64,000 bases of DNA, taken from NCBI GenBank assembly GCA_965202805.1, contig OZ241869.1:3744001-3808000 (forward strand). The letters run 5' to 3'. The notes under the pieces were generated by a model. The model worked only from the letters and a program-made list of their open reading frames with translations, had not been told where the DNA came from and did not search any database. Of the stretch, positions 48,817-60,400 are shown one piece after another. The translations under genes and the position numbers were made by a program. Numbering within the stretch: the first letter of the stretch is position 1; every line of letters begins with the position of its first letter. The DNA is from Longimicrobiales bacterium (GTDB lineage: Bacteria; Gemmatimonadota; Gemmatimonadetes; Longimicrobiales; Gaopeijiaceae).

Positions 48817-49212
48817 GTGGCAAAGGGACGAAAGCCGGCTCGAGTCCGGCGTGCGAAGAAGGTTGTCGAAGCTGAAGGCGTGGCGCACATCAAGGCGACC
48901 TTCAACAACACGATCATCACCATCACCGATAAGGCGGGGAATACGGTCGTCTGGTCGAGCGCCGGCAAGGCGGGGTTCAAGGGCTCCAAGAAGTCGACCC
49001 CCTTCGCCGCCACCGTTGCCGCCGAGCAGGCCGGGCGGGAAGCCGTGAGCCTCGGGGTCCGGCGCGTAAGCGTGCGCGTGCAGGGGCCCGGGTCGGGCCG
49101 CGAGTCCGCGATACAGGCTCTCTACGCGGCCGGGCTGCACATCATGGCGATCGAAGATGTGACCCCGTTGCCACACAACGGTTGTCGGCCGCCCAAGAAG
49201 CGCCGGGTATAG
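48817..49212 (+). CDS. rpsK: 30S ribosomal protein S11
   Basis: [31 protein letters not shown]. Confidence 0.99.
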   Translation: MAKGRKPARVRRAKKVVEAEGVAHIKATFNNTIITITDKAGNTVVWSSAGKAGFKGSKKSTPFAATVAAEQAGREAVSLGVRRVSVRVQGPGSGRESAIQALYAAGLHIMAIEDVTPLPHNGCRPPKKRRV

Positions 49213-49224
49213 GAAGGGAAACGG

Positions 49225-49860
49225 ATGGCGCGGTACACCGGACCTGTTTGCAAGCTTTGCCGTCGGGAAGGGCAGAAGCTCTTCCTGAAGGGCTTGAAGT
49301 GCTACACGGAAAAATGTCCGATCGAGCGCAGGGCATACCCGCCCGGCCAGCACGGTCCCGCACAGGCGCGTCGCCGGAAACGCTCCGACTACGCGGTCCA
49401 GTTGCGCGAAAAGCAGAAGACCAAGCGAATCTACGGGCTGCACGAGAGGCAGTTCCGCAACCTGTTCAACAGGGCGGCACACCAGTCGGGCGTGACCGGG
49501 GAGAACCTGCTGGTGGCCCTCGAGCGGCGGCTGGACAACGTCGTCTTCCGGCTCGGCTTTGCCGCGAGTCGCAGCCAGGCGCGCCAGCTGGTCCGTCATC
49601 GCCACGTCGAGGTCAACGGCCGCATCGTGGACGTGCCCAGCTATGCGGTGGACAGCGGCGACGATATCGCCATCAAGGCCAGGTCGCGCGATCTGGTGCC
49701 GGTTCAGGCCAGCCTCGCATCGCGCGTCCGTCCCGACACCCCCGAATGGCTGGCCGTCGACGAGAAGACGCGGGTCGGGCGAGTGCTGCGGCTCCCGACC
49801 CGCCAGGACGTGCCGATGGCCGTCCAGGAGCAGTTGATCGTGGAGCTGTACTCGAAGTGA
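49225..49860 (+). CDS. rpsD: 30S ribosomal protein S4 (Cys-containing form)
   Basis: ARY.GP.CKLCRR, PPGQHG, QLREKQ, LE.RLDN, IVELYSK. Confidence 0.99.
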   Translation: MARYTGPVCKLCRREGQKLFLKGLKCYTEKCPIERRAYPPGQHGPAQARRRKRSDYAVQLREKQKTKRIYGLHERQFRNLFNRAAHQSGVTGENLLVALERRLDNVVFRLGFAASRSQARQLVRHRHVEVNGRIVDVPSYAVDSGDDIAIKARSRDLVPVQASLASRVRPDTPEWLAVDEKTRVGRVLRLPTRQDVPMAVQEQLIVELYSK

Positions 49861-49939
49861 GTCAGACTTCCGGAAGCAATCCGGGGGTTGATTTCCCATT
49901 CATCCAACGGATGTTGCCGAATATGCCACGGAGGGGCGC

Positions 49940-50989
49940 GTGGAGATCGATCTGACCGGGCTGGTACTTCCCGAGCACGTCGAGGTGACGGGCTACAGCG
50001 ACGACGGAAAGACAGCGGAGTTCGTCATTCAGCCGCTCGAACGCGGCTATGGCTACACGCTGGGAAATTCCGTCCGCCGAGCTCTGGTTTCGTCGCTGCG
50101 GGGCGCGGCCATATGGGCGTTCCGCATAGAGGGCGTGGTGCACGAACACCAGACCATCCAGGGTGTGGTGGAGGATGTGCATCAGGTCATTCAGAACCTG
50201 AAGGCGCTCGTGCTCACCCTCGACGAAGATGTGGACGACGCCAAGCTCACCGTTCACGTCGACGCTTCGGGACCGGTTACGGTGGCCGACATCAACGCGC
50301 CGCCCTCCGTTGAGGTACTGGATCCGGACCAGCACATTCTCACGCTCGAGGGGGACCGCAGCCTGAGCATGGAGCTCTACGTCAACAAGGGGCGTGGTTT
50401 CGTGCTCTCCGACCAGCATCCCCGTTCGGAGGGATCCCCCGTCGACCTGGTGCCGATCGATGCGATCTACAATCCCGTGCGCCGCGCGAACTTCACGGTC
50501 GAGGAGACCCGGGTCGGCGAGCGCACGGACTTCGACCGGCTTTCGTTCAGAGTGGAAACCGACGGATCCGTTCGTCCCGAGCAGGCGATGGCCAACGCCG
50601 CCGCGCTGGTGCGCAGGTACCTCGAGTACATGCTGAGCTTCAGCGCCAACGGGGCTCCCGAGCCAGCCGCCCCCGGGACGGTCCCGTTGCCCGCGCGCAT
50701 CCGCATGCAGCTTTCGCGTCCCATCGAGGAAGTGACCGAGATCTCGGTGCGATCGCGCAACTCGCTGCAGAAGGAAAACCTCCGCACGCTTGGCGACCTC
50801 GTGCGACGCACCGAAAAGCAGGTCCTCAACATCGACAATTTCGGACAGAAGTCGATGGAGGAACTCCTCGCATTCCTGGACGAACACTCCATCGAACTCG
50901 GAATGCCGCTGACGACCGGCCCGGACGGTGAGTGGTTCCTGGCCGAGAAAGAGGCCGCCTCCGGTTCCGGGGAACCGTCCGGTGACTAG
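49940..50989 (+). CDS. rpoA: DNA-directed RNA polymerase subunit alpha
   Basis: [16 protein letters not shown]...I.GV.EDV, DA.Y.PV, alpha-CTD SVRS.N.L, NFG.KS. Confidence 0.99.
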   Translation: MEIDLTGLVLPEHVEVTGYSDDGKTAEFVIQPLERGYGYTLGNSVRRALVSSLRGAAIWAFRIEGVVHEHQTIQGVVEDVHQVIQNLKALVLTLDEDVDDAKLTVHVDASGPVTVADINAPPSVEVLDPDQHILTLEGDRSLSMELYVNKGRGFVLSDQHPRSEGSPVDLVPIDAIYNPVRRANFTVEETRVGERTDFDRLSFRVETDGSVRPEQAMANAAALVRRYLEYMLSFSANGAPEPAAPGTVPLPARIRMQLSRPIEEVTEISVRSRNSLQKENLRTLGDLVRRTEKQVLNIDNFGQKSMEELLAFLDEHSIELGMPLTTGPDGEWFLAEKEAASGSGEPSGD

Positions 50990-51033
50990 CATCCATCCGC
51001 TGCCGGACAGCGGCGACTGAACCTCGAAGACTC

Positions 51034-51393
51034 ATGCGCCATCGCAAAACCGGACGCAACCTCTCTCGGACCGCCAGCCATCGGCGGGCGGTTCTGCGCA
51101 ACATGGCGACCGCGCTTTTCCGGCACGGCAGAATCGAAACCACGACCGCGAAGGCGAAGGAACTCCGCCCCTACGCGGAGCGCCTGATTACGCTCGCCAA
51201 GCGGGGCGATCTCCACGCCCGCAGGCTCGTTGCGCGAAAGATCGCGGATCGAGATGTTCAGGGAATGTTGTTCGACGAGATCGCTCCGGGTTTTGCCCGC
51301 CGTCCCGGCGGGTATACGCGCATCCTCAAGCTGCGCCACCGCAGGGGCGATGCGGCCGAGATGGCTCTCATCGAACTCGTGGAACGAGACTAA
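51034..51393 (+). CDS. rplQ: 50S ribosomal protein L17
   Basis: [28 protein letters not shown]. Confidence 0.99.
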   Translation: MRHRKTGRNLSRTASHRRAVLRNMATALFRHGRIETTTAKAKELRPYAERLITLAKRGDLHARRLVARKIADRDVQGMLFDEIAPGFARRPGGYTRILKLRHRRGDAAEMALIELVERD

Positions 51394-51417
51394 CTTCAAA
51401 CGCGGGGGCACCGGACC

Positions 51418-52002
51418 ATGCTCGATCTCGGATCACGCCGGGGCGCGGCCGAAAAGGCGGCACTTCCACTCATGATCGTGGCCTTCCTGGGCATCGCGGG
51501 GTTTCTCTACTGGCTCAACGTTACGGCGGTCGGGACGACCACCGCAGTGGTGACCGCCCCCGAGGAGGATCCGTTCGCCGACGCCATCCCCATCACCGCG
51601 TCGTCGCTGGAGACGAACCCGCTGCAGTTCGAGGGGGCGCTCCTGCGGGTCCCGGACGTCACCGTGGTCAGCCGCGTGGGTGACCAGGCCTTCTGGACCC
51701 AGCTGCCCAACGAGGAGAATTTCTTCGTCAAGATGGGACCGGAGTTGACCGGCGATTCCGTGCCGGTGACGGTTTCTTCCGGTGAGACCGCCAGTTTCGT
51801 GGTGGGTACGCTGCGCATCATGAACGACAGCACGCTGGATGCCTGGGAGGGCCAGGGAGCGTTCGAGAACACCCCGACGGGCCGCCTGGAGGCCGAATTC
51901 GCGGACATTTTCCTGGAACTGGTCCACTTCGAGCCGAGTGCGCCGGAGGCGGAGGAGACCGGGGCGGAGGAGTCTGCGCCGCCGGGAGGCGGTTCCGAGT
52001 AG
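51418..52002 (+). CDS. Membrane-anchored hypothetical protein with acidic beta-rich domain
   Basis: One N-terminal TM helix ([16 protein letters not shown]); coding-like codon usage; fills the rplQ-rpmB gap. Confidence 0.82.
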   Translation: MLDLGSRRGAAEKAALPLMIVAFLGIAGFLYWLNVTAVGTTTAVVTAPEEDPFADAIPITASSLETNPLQFEGALLRVPDVTVVSRVGDQAFWTQLPNEENFFVKMGPELTGDSVPVTVSSGETASFVVGTLRIMNDSTLDAWEGQGAFENTPTGRLEAEFADIFLELVHFEPSAPEAEETGAEESAPPGGGSE

Positions 52003-52090
52003 CCCTTGGCGCGCGCGCCGCAAGGGGCGGTCGCGCGACCACAGGACAACGAGAGGTTCCGCTTCGGCGGTGAACGGATCAGGCGAGCAG

Positions 52091-52309
52091 ATGGCGAAAG
52101 TATGTAAACTGTGCGACAAGCGGCCGGCGACCGGCAACAACGTGAGCCACGCCCACAACAAGAGCCGGCGCCGGTGGCTTCCGAACCTCCAGACCGTGCG
52201 CGTCCTCGACGACAGCGGACGGCGCCGAAAGGTCCGCGTGTGCACCCGTTGCATTTCCGCCGGAATGGTCAGGAAGGCGCCGCGCCTGCGGTCGCGCGCG
52301 AAAGCCTGA
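52091..52309 (+). CDS. rpmB: 50S ribosomal protein L28 (zinc-ribbon form)
   Basis: MAKVCKLC.K....GNNVSHA.NK..RRW.PNLQ...VCTRC. Confidence 0.97.
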   Translation: MAKVCKLCDKRPATGNNVSHAHNKSRRRWLPNLQTVRVLDDSGRRRKVRVCTRCISAGMVRKAPRLRSRAKA

Positions 52310-52367
52310 CCGGGTTCCCTTCCCCCGAGCGCCCGGTCGGGGCGGTCCGGAAGTCCGGATCCGGGGC

Positions 52368-53717
52368 ATGAACGACCACACGCGGGACCCGATGCCGGAG
52401 CACTTCCGTTCCGGCGACTTCACCATGGGAGTGGTCGGGCTCGGTTACGTTGGACTGCCCCTTGCCGCCATCGTCGGCGAAGCCGGGATACGCGTCATCG
52501 GCTTCGATGTCGACGAGTCCGTCGTGAACGGGATCAACGCGGGCGCGAGCCATATCGGCGACGTGCCCTCGAGTCGCCTGGCTGCGCTCACGGGGGAAGG
52601 CGTGCTCCGCGCGACCGCGGACATGTCGCGCCTTCCCGAGTGCGATGTCATCGCGATCAGCGTCCCGACTCCGTTGTCGAAGACCCGCGATCCCGACATC
52701 TCCTTCATCCTGGCGGCCGCGTCCTCGGTTGCCGCGGGCTTGCGACCCGGCCAGCTGGTCGTGCTGGAGTCCACCACCTATCCCGGCACGACCCGGGAGG
52801 TAGTGCTCGGAGAACTGGCGAAGAGCGGCCTGGTGGTGGGGGAGGACTTCTTCCTCTGTTTTTCTCCGGAGCGGGTGGATCCGGGGAACCAGGTCTGGAC
52901 GACGCGCAACACGCCCAAGGTGATCGGGGGCGTGACTTCCCGGTGCACGGCGGCCGGAGAGGCGTTCTACAGCCGCTTCATCGACCGCATGGTGCCGGTG
53001 TCGAGCGCGGAGGTGGCTGAACTCAGCAAGATCCTGGAGAACACCTTCCGAGCCGTGAACATCGGGCTGGTGAACGAGACCGCCCTTATCGCCGATCGAC
53101 TGGGCGTGGACATCTGGGAGGTGGTCGAGGCGGCCGCCACCAAGCCCTTCGGGTTCATGCGCTTCGTCCCGGGTCCCGGCCTCGGGGGACACTGCATCCC
53201 CGTCGATCCCCACTATCTGTCCTGGAAGATGCGCACGCTCGATTTCCGCACGCGCTTCATCGAACTGGCGTCGGAGATCAACGCGAGCATGCCGCGCTTC
53301 GTCGTCGATCAGGTTCGCGACGCGCTGAACGCCGAGGGCAGCGCGGTCAGGGATTCCACCGTGGTGATTCTGGGAGTCGCGTACAAGAAGGACATCGACG
53401 ACGTACGGGAATCTCCGGCGCTCTACATCATCGAGCTGCTGGAGGAAGCGGGCGCCCGCGTCCTCTACCACGATCCCCATGTGCCGTCCCTCAACGACGA
53501 GCGGACCGGACTGCGCGAATCGGTCGCGCTGACGCCTTCGCTGCTGGGCAAGGCGGACGTGGTGTTGATCCTTACCGACCACTCCTGCTTCGACATGCGC
53601 GAAATCGTCGCGAAGTCGAAGGTGCTGGTGGACGCCCGCAACGCCACTGCGGGAACGAAGGCGCGGGCAGCTTCCCGCCGCGGGGTGGGGTGGATCCTGA
53701 AGGGTGGCCTCGCGTAA
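52368..53717 (+). CDS. Nucleotide-sugar 6-dehydrogenase (UDP-GlcNAc/ManNAc dehydrogenase type)
   Basis: GLGYVGLP, VPTP, ESTTYPGTT, FSPER.DPG, K.LENTFR.VNI, PGPG.GGHCIP.DP, D.RESP. Confidence 0.93.
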   Translation: MNDHTRDPMPEHFRSGDFTMGVVGLGYVGLPLAAIVGEAGIRVIGFDVDESVVNGINAGASHIGDVPSSRLAALTGEGVLRATADMSRLPECDVIAISVPTPLSKTRDPDISFILAAASSVAAGLRPGQLVVLESTTYPGTTREVVLGELAKSGLVVGEDFFLCFSPERVDPGNQVWTTRNTPKVIGGVTSRCTAAGEAFYSRFIDRMVPVSSAEVAELSKILENTFRAVNIGLVNETALIADRLGVDIWEVVEAAATKPFGFMRFVPGPGLGGHCIPVDPHYLSWKMRTLDFRTRFIELASEINASMPRFVVDQVRDALNAEGSAVRDSTVVILGVAYKKDIDDVRESPALYIIELLEEAGARVLYHDPHVPSLNDERTGLRESVALTPSLLGKADVVLILTDHSCFDMREIVAKSKVLVDARNATAGTKARAASRRGVGWILKGGLA

Positions 53718-53784
53718 CCGCCCTGCCCGGCGCGACGCGGCCTGCGTCCCGGAACCTGTGGGGCGCGAGCCCGGTAGGGGACGC

Positions 53785-54798
53785 ATGCTTGAGCACGGGA
53801 GGGACAAGGTCAAAGGATGGCTCCTGCGGGGTTGCCTGATCGGATTGGCGGTGTCCGCCTGCGTGTCCGGCGCAGCGGAGGACGGCGCCACCCTGCGCGG
53901 TGACCAGGCCTGGGCGCACGGCGACTACGAGGAAGCGCTCGCCGAGTACCGGCTGGCGGTCCGCCGCGGGGCCAACTCCGGGGATGCGCATCTGCGGGTG
54001 GCGCATGCCTACGCCCGTCTGGGGCGAGTGGACGAGGCCAGACAGGCCTACCGGCGCGCCATCGATGTCGAGCCCGACCTGGTCGACCAGGCGGTCTCCG
54101 ACCTGGTTCGCCTGGCCCGCACGGCCCAGCAGCAGGCGGACCGCTTCGCCCTTGCATCGGCGCTGGAGGCTGCCGCGGAACTCGACCCGGACATCAACTT
54201 TGCGCGTCTGGCCTTCCCCCTGGCTTCACACTACGCGGCCAACGGCGAGCACGCGCGCGCTCTTGTCTTCTTTCAGCGCGCGCTCTCGGGGGATTCGGTC
54301 CCGGAGGTGCTGTACGAAGCCGCCCTCGCCTACGAAGAAGTGGGAGCCTGCGAGGCCGCTCTCGCCTTCTACCGGCAGTTTGTGGAGGCCGTACCGACAC
54401 CGCAGCAGCGCGATGCCGGGTGGCACATCGGCAAGTGCTCCTACGATCTGGCGCAGGAATTCCGTGAGGACGGCGACCATGAGGGGGCGCTGACCCTGAT
54501 CCAGGAAACCGTGGCTCGCGGCGAACCGCGGACCCACCTGGCCCGGGCCCATTATGAGATGGGTGAACTGCTGGTCTCCTTCGCCCGCTGCGAAGAGGCC
54601 GTGGATGCCTTCAGAGGAGCGGCGCGGGAGGATCCGTCGGCGTCCAGGGCACTCGCCCGCCGGGCCGAGGAGTGGATCGACCGGCTGCGCTTCGGGGTGT
54701 CCTCCGGCGATGAACAGCGTCGTGGAGTGATGGAGGGAGAGGAGGGCCCGGAAGGCGGCCCGCCGGGTTGGCCGGAAGACCTCGAGTGGGCGTGCTGA
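53785..54798 (+). CDS. Tetratricopeptide-repeat lipoprotein
   Basis: Lipobox VSAC; TPR-like repeats (GDYEEALAEY, AHAYARLGRVDEA, AHYEMGE). Start approximate. Confidence 0.83.
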   Translation: MLEHGRDKVKGWLLRGCLIGLAVSACVSGAAEDGATLRGDQAWAHGDYEEALAEYRLAVRRGANSGDAHLRVAHAYARLGRVDEARQAYRRAIDVEPDLVDQAVSDLVRLARTAQQQADRFALASALEAAAELDPDINFARLAFPLASHYAANGEHARALVFFQRALSGDSVPEVLYEAALAYEEVGACEAALAFYRQFVEAVPTPQQRDAGWHIGKCSYDLAQEFREDGDHEGALTLIQETVARGEPRTHLARAHYEMGELLVSFARCEEAVDAFRGAAREDPSASRALARRAEEWIDRLRFGVSSGDEQRRGVMEGEEGPEGGPPGWPEDLEWAC

Positions 54799-55922
54799 CA
54801 CGTATTCCGCTGATCGACCTGCCGGCGCAGTACGACACCATGCGGACGGAGATCGACCGCGCCATGGCCGACGTGGTCGAAAGCCAGAGGTTCGTGCTTG
54901 GACCGGCGGTCGGGGCGTTGGAGAGAGCCGTGGCGGAACGGGTCGGCGTGCGTCACGCGGTCGGATGCGCCAACGGCACCGACGCCATCTGGCTCGTGCT
55001 GCGCGCACTCGGGCTCGGTCGCTCCGACGAGGTGATCGTGCCGGCCTTTACCTTCTTCGGGACCGCCGGAGCGGTGTGGAACGCCGGCCTGCGCCCGGTC
55101 TTCTGCGATGTGGACCCGGAGACCTTCAACATGAATGCGGATACGGTGCGCGCGTGCTGGAGCGATCGCACCCGCGTCGTGCTGCCGGTGCATCTGTTCG
55201 GACAGATGGCGCCCATGGCCGAATTGCTCGAGCTCGCGCACGCACGGGGTGCCCGCGTGGTCGAGGACGCGGCCCAGGCGCTCGATGCCCGGCAGCAGAC
55301 GCCCGGAGGAGGGATCGCGTGCGCGGGAGCTTCGGGAAGGGCGGGAACCATCAGCTTCTTTCCCACCAAGAACCTGGGAGGGTACGGTGACGGCGGCATG
55401 ATCGTCACCGACGACGACATGCTCGCGCGGCGGCTGCGCAGACTGCGTGCGCACGGAAGGGTGAGCGACGGGAGCTACGACGCGGTCGGCGTCAACAGCC
55501 GCCTGGATTCCCTGCAGGCTGCGGTGCTGCACGCGAAGCTGTCCCGGCTGACCGACTGGACGAAGTCCCGCAGGGCGAACGCCGCGATATACGATGAGAT
55601 GCTTGCCGGCGTCCCGGGCGTCCGCCGCCCGCGGGTTCTCTCGGGGAACTTCCACACCTACCATCAGTACACGATTCGCGCGCGCGAGAGGGACAGGCTC
55701 CGGGACCACCTGCGCCGGAGAGGACTGGAGACCGGGCTGTACTACCCGCGACCACTCCACCTGCAGCCGTGTTTTTCGGAACTCGGATATCGCCCCGGAG
55801 ATCTCCCTGCAGCCGAAGCCGCGTGCCATGAAGTGCTCAGCCTTCCCGTGTTCCCGGAGTTGGGGGCTGACGGTGCAGCACGGGTGGCGCGCGCGATTCG
55901 GGACTTTTTCCGCGCAGGATGA
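54792..55922 (+). CDS. DegT/DnrJ/EryC1/StrS family sugar aminotransferase
   Basis: NGTDA, TFF.TA, PVHLFGQ, EDAAQA, SFFPTKNLG.YGDGG, NSRLD, LSLP. Confidence 0.94.
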   Translation: MLTRIPLIDLPAQYDTMRTEIDRAMADVVESQRFVLGPAVGALERAVAERVGVRHAVGCANGTDAIWLVLRALGLGRSDEVIVPAFTFFGTAGAVWNAGLRPVFCDVDPETFNMNADTVRACWSDRTRVVLPVHLFGQMAPMAELLELAHARGARVVEDAAQALDARQQTPGGGIACAGASGRAGTISFFPTKNLGGYGDGGMIVTDDDMLARRLRRLRAHGRVSDGSYDAVGVNSRLDSLQAAVLHAKLSRLTDWTKSRRANAAIYDEMLAGVPGVRRPRVLSGNFHTYHQYTIRARERDRLRDHLRRRGLETGLYYPRPLHLQPCFSELGYRPGDLPAAEAACHEVLSLPVFPELGADGAARVARAIRDFFRAG

Positions 55923-56013
55923 GGCATCGGTTCATGGACGCGCCCGCCTTATTTCGCGATCCTTCAGTGAGGGAATCGGCATTGGTGTCATTCGGGACAA
56001 ACAGGGGTCGGTG

Positions 56014-56766
56014 ATGGGCAGGAGTCGTGCGTACGGCAGCGGGCGGACCCTGGTATTGTCCGCACTGGTCCTGGGCCTGTTTGCCGCCTGCAGGTCCACT
56101 CCGCCCTATTTCGGATTGACCGCCTCTCAGCTCCTCGAGTATTCGCAGGAGGCGTTCGACCGCGAAGACTGGGATGAAGCCGTGACGGCGCTCGAAAGGC
56201 TGGTGCAGGGAGCACCGGGCTTCGACCAGATGGCCGAGGCCCGCATGCTGCTGGCGCAGGCCTACCTGAACAAGGGGGACTACATCACCGCCAACTCCGA
56301 ATTCGTCCGTTTTTCGAGCACGTATCCGACCCACGAGCTCATGACCGACGCCGCGCTGGGGCTGTGCCGCTCGCACTCGCGTCTGTCACCGATCCTCGAC
56401 CGGGACCAGCAGTATACGGTGCAGGCGCTGTCGTCCTGTCAGGCGGTGACACTCGACTACCCGGGAACACCGGCGGCCGCGGAAGCCGATTCGATCCGCG
56501 ACGTCATGATGGAGAAACTCGCGTGGCGGGATGTCGGCCGGGGCGAGTTCTACTTCCGGCGCGGCCTGCTGGATTCGGGGCTCATCTACTTCGAGCAGGC
56601 GCTCGAGGGCTTTCCCGATACGAACGCGGCGCCGGCGGCCCTGCTCTTCATCTATCGCACCTACCAGCGGCTCGAATACGAGGAAGAGGCGGCCGAGGCG
56701 CGCCAGAGGCTGCTCGACCGATACCCGGACTCATCCGAGGCGGAGGAGATCCGCGATGTCGGATGA
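56014..56766 (+). CDS. bamD: Outer membrane protein assembly factor BamD
   Basis: Lipoprotein signal (FAAC), TPRs, YP.H, DRDQ..T..A, KLA......G.FY. Confidence 0.85.
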   Translation: MGRSRAYGSGRTLVLSALVLGLFAACRSTPPYFGLTASQLLEYSQEAFDREDWDEAVTALERLVQGAPGFDQMAEARMLLAQAYLNKGDYITANSEFVRFSSTYPTHELMTDAALGLCRSHSRLSPILDRDQQYTVQALSSCQAVTLDYPGTPAAAEADSIRDVMMEKLAWRDVGRGEFYFRRGLLDSGLIYFEQALEGFPDTNAAPAALLFIYRTYQRLEYEEEAAEARQRLLDRYPDSSEAEEIRDVG

Positions 56767-57457
56767 GCGTGCCTCCGGAGGCATCGCGCTCTTCGGGGGA
56801 ACCTTCGACCCGCCACACCTCGGGCACCTGGCGGTAGCACAGGACGCCTTCGACGCCCTTCCCGTGCGGCGCGTCGTCTGGATTCCCTGCGGGCGTCCTC
56901 CGCACAAGCGCTCGTGGCGACTGACCTCCCCCGAGCTTCGCCTCGAGATGACCAGGGCGTCGGTTGCGAACGACGAACGCTTTCGGGTCAGCGACCGGGA
57001 GGTTGTGCGGACGGGCATGTCCTATACGGTCGACACGCTGCGGGAGCTGGTGGCGGCCGATCCCGCAACCCGCCTCTTCCTGCTGATCGGCCCCGATCAG
57101 GCGGCCGCCTTCCCCAGCTGGCGGGAGCCCGACGAGATCGCGCGACTGGCGCGGGTCGTGGTCATGGTGCCAGGTGGCGACTCCTTCGGACGGGTCGCGT
57201 CTCCCGGGGTGGAACACGACCAGTTGCCCGTCACCCGGATCGACGTCTCGTCGAGCGCGATCCGGGCCCGATTCAGCGAAGGAGCCCGGCTTCGGTATCT
57301 GGTGTCCGACGCGGTCCGCGCCATCGTGGAGCGGGAGGGGCTTTACCGACACACGGAACCCGCGTACACCGCGGCCGGGGGAATGGCGTCGGGAAGGGCA
57401 GCCGGAGCTGGTCACCGGCATGTCATGACGCGCGTGACGCGCTGGACGGAACGATGA
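56756..57457 (+). CDS. nadD: Nicotinate-nucleotide adenylyltransferase
   Basis: FGGTFDPPHLGH, PPHK, SYTVDTL, W, VSSS.IR. Confidence 0.95.
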   Translation: MSDERASGGIALFGGTFDPPHLGHLAVAQDAFDALPVRRVVWIPCGRPPHKRSWRLTSPELRLEMTRASVANDERFRVSDREVVRTGMSYTVDTLRELVAADPATRLFLLIGPDQAAAFPSWREPDEIARLARVVVMVPGGDSFGRVASPGVEHDQLPVTRIDVSSSAIRARFSEGARLRYLVSDAVRAIVEREGLYRHTEPAYTAAGGMASGRAAGAGHRHVMTRVTRWTER

Positions 57458-60400
57458 TCAAGGCATTCGCCAGGAAGGTATTCGGAGATCGGCACGCCAG
57501 GGAGGCGCGGAAGCTCCAGCCCCTGGTCGACGAGATCAACGAGGCATTCGAGGGGCTGTCGGGGCTTTCCCGGGATGAGCTGCGAGGGAAGACCGACGAG
57601 TTCCGTGCGCGTATCCAGGAACGAGTGGGTCCCGTTCTCGACCAGGCGCAGACCCTTCGTGAACGCAAGAGCCGGTCCCGGGATCCATCCGAGCGGGAGG
57701 GCCTGGGCCTCAGGATCACCGACCTCGAAAAGGACTATCTCGGCGAACTCGAGGAAGCTCTCGACGACATTCTTCCCGAGGCGTTCGCCGTCGTGAAGGA
57801 GGCGTGCCGGAGGCTCGTCGGATCGACGGTGCGGGTGACCGGGCACGACCTGGTCTGGGACATGGTCCCCTACGATGTCCAGCTGATCGGGGCGATCGCG
57901 CTCCACCGGGGGAAGGCCGCCGAGATGGCCACCGGTGAAGGCAAGACCCTGGTGGCGACGATGCCGCTCTACCTGAACGCCCTCGCCGGGCGGGGAGCGC
58001 ACCTCGTCACCGTCAACTCGTATCTGGCCCGCCGCGACGCCCAGTGGATGGGCTACATCTACGAATCGCTGGGCCTCACCACGGATGTGATCGACGAGCA
58101 CCAGCCCGGGTCGGAGGAGCGCCGGCAGGCATACCTGGCGGACATCACCTACGGGACCAACAACGAGTTCGGGTTCGACTACCTGCGCGACAACATGGTG
58201 CACGACCTGGCGCAGCGGGTACAGCGGGGCCATCCCTTCGCCATCATCGACGAGGTGGACTCGATCCTCATCGACGAGGCGCGGACGCCGCTGATCATTT
58301 CCGGACCCGTGGGGCGCGACACCTCGACGCCGTTCAAGCAGATGGCGCCGCTGGTGGGAAGGCTCTATCGGCAGCAGTCGAAGATCACCGGGCAGCTGGT
58401 GGCCGCGGCAAACCGCGAGCTGGAGGCAGGCAACGAACACGCCGCCGGCGAAAGCCTGCTGGCGGTCAAGCGCGGGACGCCGAAGAACAAGCGTCTGCTC
58501 AAGCTCTTCGCCGAGGATCCCGGGATTCAGAAGCTGGTGCAGAAGGTCGAAGGCGACTACATGCGCGAGAAGCGCCTGCACGAGCTCGACGAGCTGCTGC
58601 TGTTCGCGATGGATGAGAAGGGGCACAACGTGCACCTCTCGGACAAGGGGCTGGACACGCTGTCCCCGGGAGATCCCGACGCCTTCGTGGTACCGGATCT
58701 CTCCGAGGAGATGGGGGAGCTCGAGGAGGACGAGACGATCTCGGTGGACGAGCGCCGGGAACGCATTCAGGCGCTCGAGGACGAGTACGCGACCAAGAGC
58801 CAGAAGATCCACGTCATTCACCAGTTGCTGAAGGCATACGCCCTCTATCATCGCAACGAGCAGTACATCCTCGGCGAGAGCGGCGCGGTGGTGATCGTGG
58901 ACGAGTTCACCGGACGCCAGATGCCGGGCCGGCGGTGGAGCGACGGCCTGCACCAGGCGGTGGAGGCGAAGGAGGGCGTGGAGGTGCGGGGCGAGACCCA
59001 GACGCTCGCCACCATCACCATCCAGAACTATTTCCGCATGTATGACAAGCTGGCCGGCATGACGGGAACCGCGGAGACGGAGGAAAACGAATTCCACCAG
59101 ATCTACGGCCTGGACGTGATGGTGATCCCGACCAACCGGCCGGTGGTCCGTGACGACCGTGACGACCTCATCTTCCGGACCGTGCGCGAGAAGTACAACG
59201 CGCTCATGGACGAGATCCGGCATCTCAACCGGCTGGAACTGCCGGTGCTGGTCGGTACAACGAATGTGGATGTCTCGGAGACGCTCTCGCGCATGCTCAA
59301 GCGGCGCGGCATCCGCCACAACGTGCTCAACGCCAAGCAGCACCTGCGCGAGGCGGAGATCGTGGCCGAGGCGGGGCGCCCGGGGGCGGTGACCATCGCC
59401 ACCAACATGGCCGGCCGCGGCACCGACATCAAACTGGGCGACGGGGTCAGGGACGCGCGCACCGCAGGCTGGGCGCGCGCCCGCGGGCTCGACCTGGAGG
59501 AACTCTATCCGGTCGATCCCCGCCGGGTGACGGTGGATCTGCAGAAGAAGCCCGACGACTTCCTCGTCGAGATCGGCGGCCTCCACATCCTCGGATCGGC
59601 GCGGCACGACTCGCGCCGCATCGACCGCCAGCTCAGGGGACGCGCCGGACGCCAGGGGGATCCGGGAAGCTCGCAGTTCTTCCTGTCGCTCGAAGACGAC
59701 CTGATGCGTCTGTTCATGTCGGATCGGGTGGCGGGCGCCATGGAGAAGCTCGGTGCCGAAGAAGGCGAGGTGATCGCGCACCCTCTGGTCACCCGCTCGA
59801 TCGGCAGGGCCCAGATGCGGGTGGAGGGGAACAACTTCGAGGCGCGCAAGCGGCTTCTCGACTACGACGATGTCATGAACCAGCAGCGCGAGGTGATCTA
59901 CGACCTGCGCCTGTTCGCGCTGGAGGGAGGAGAGGATCTCAAGGGCGAGATCTGGGAAATGATCGAGTACGCCCTGGGAAGCACGCTGGACGAGTATGTG
60001 CCCGCTTCCGCCGCCGAGGAGGAGTGGGACCTGGCGGGACTCAAGCGCCGTCTGCTGCTCGAATTCCTGGTGCTCGTGAGCGACCTGCCCGACGGGGACG
60101 AGTCAGCCCCGGATCTGGACCATGACGACGTGGCGGCGATGGTCCTCGAGGCCGGAAGGGACGCCTTCCAGCGCAAACTGGAGGGATTCGGCGAGACGGC
60201 GGAGCGCGTCACCTCCTACATCATGCTGTCGGTGATCGACCAGAAGTGGAAGGATCACCTGTACGACCTCGACCACCTCAAGGCCTCCATCTCCTATCGC
60301 AGCTGGGGCCAGAAGGACCCGCTGGTCGAATACAAGAAAGAGGCCTACGACATGTTCGTGGACCTCATGCACGATCTGCGCAAGACACTGGCGTCGCTCA

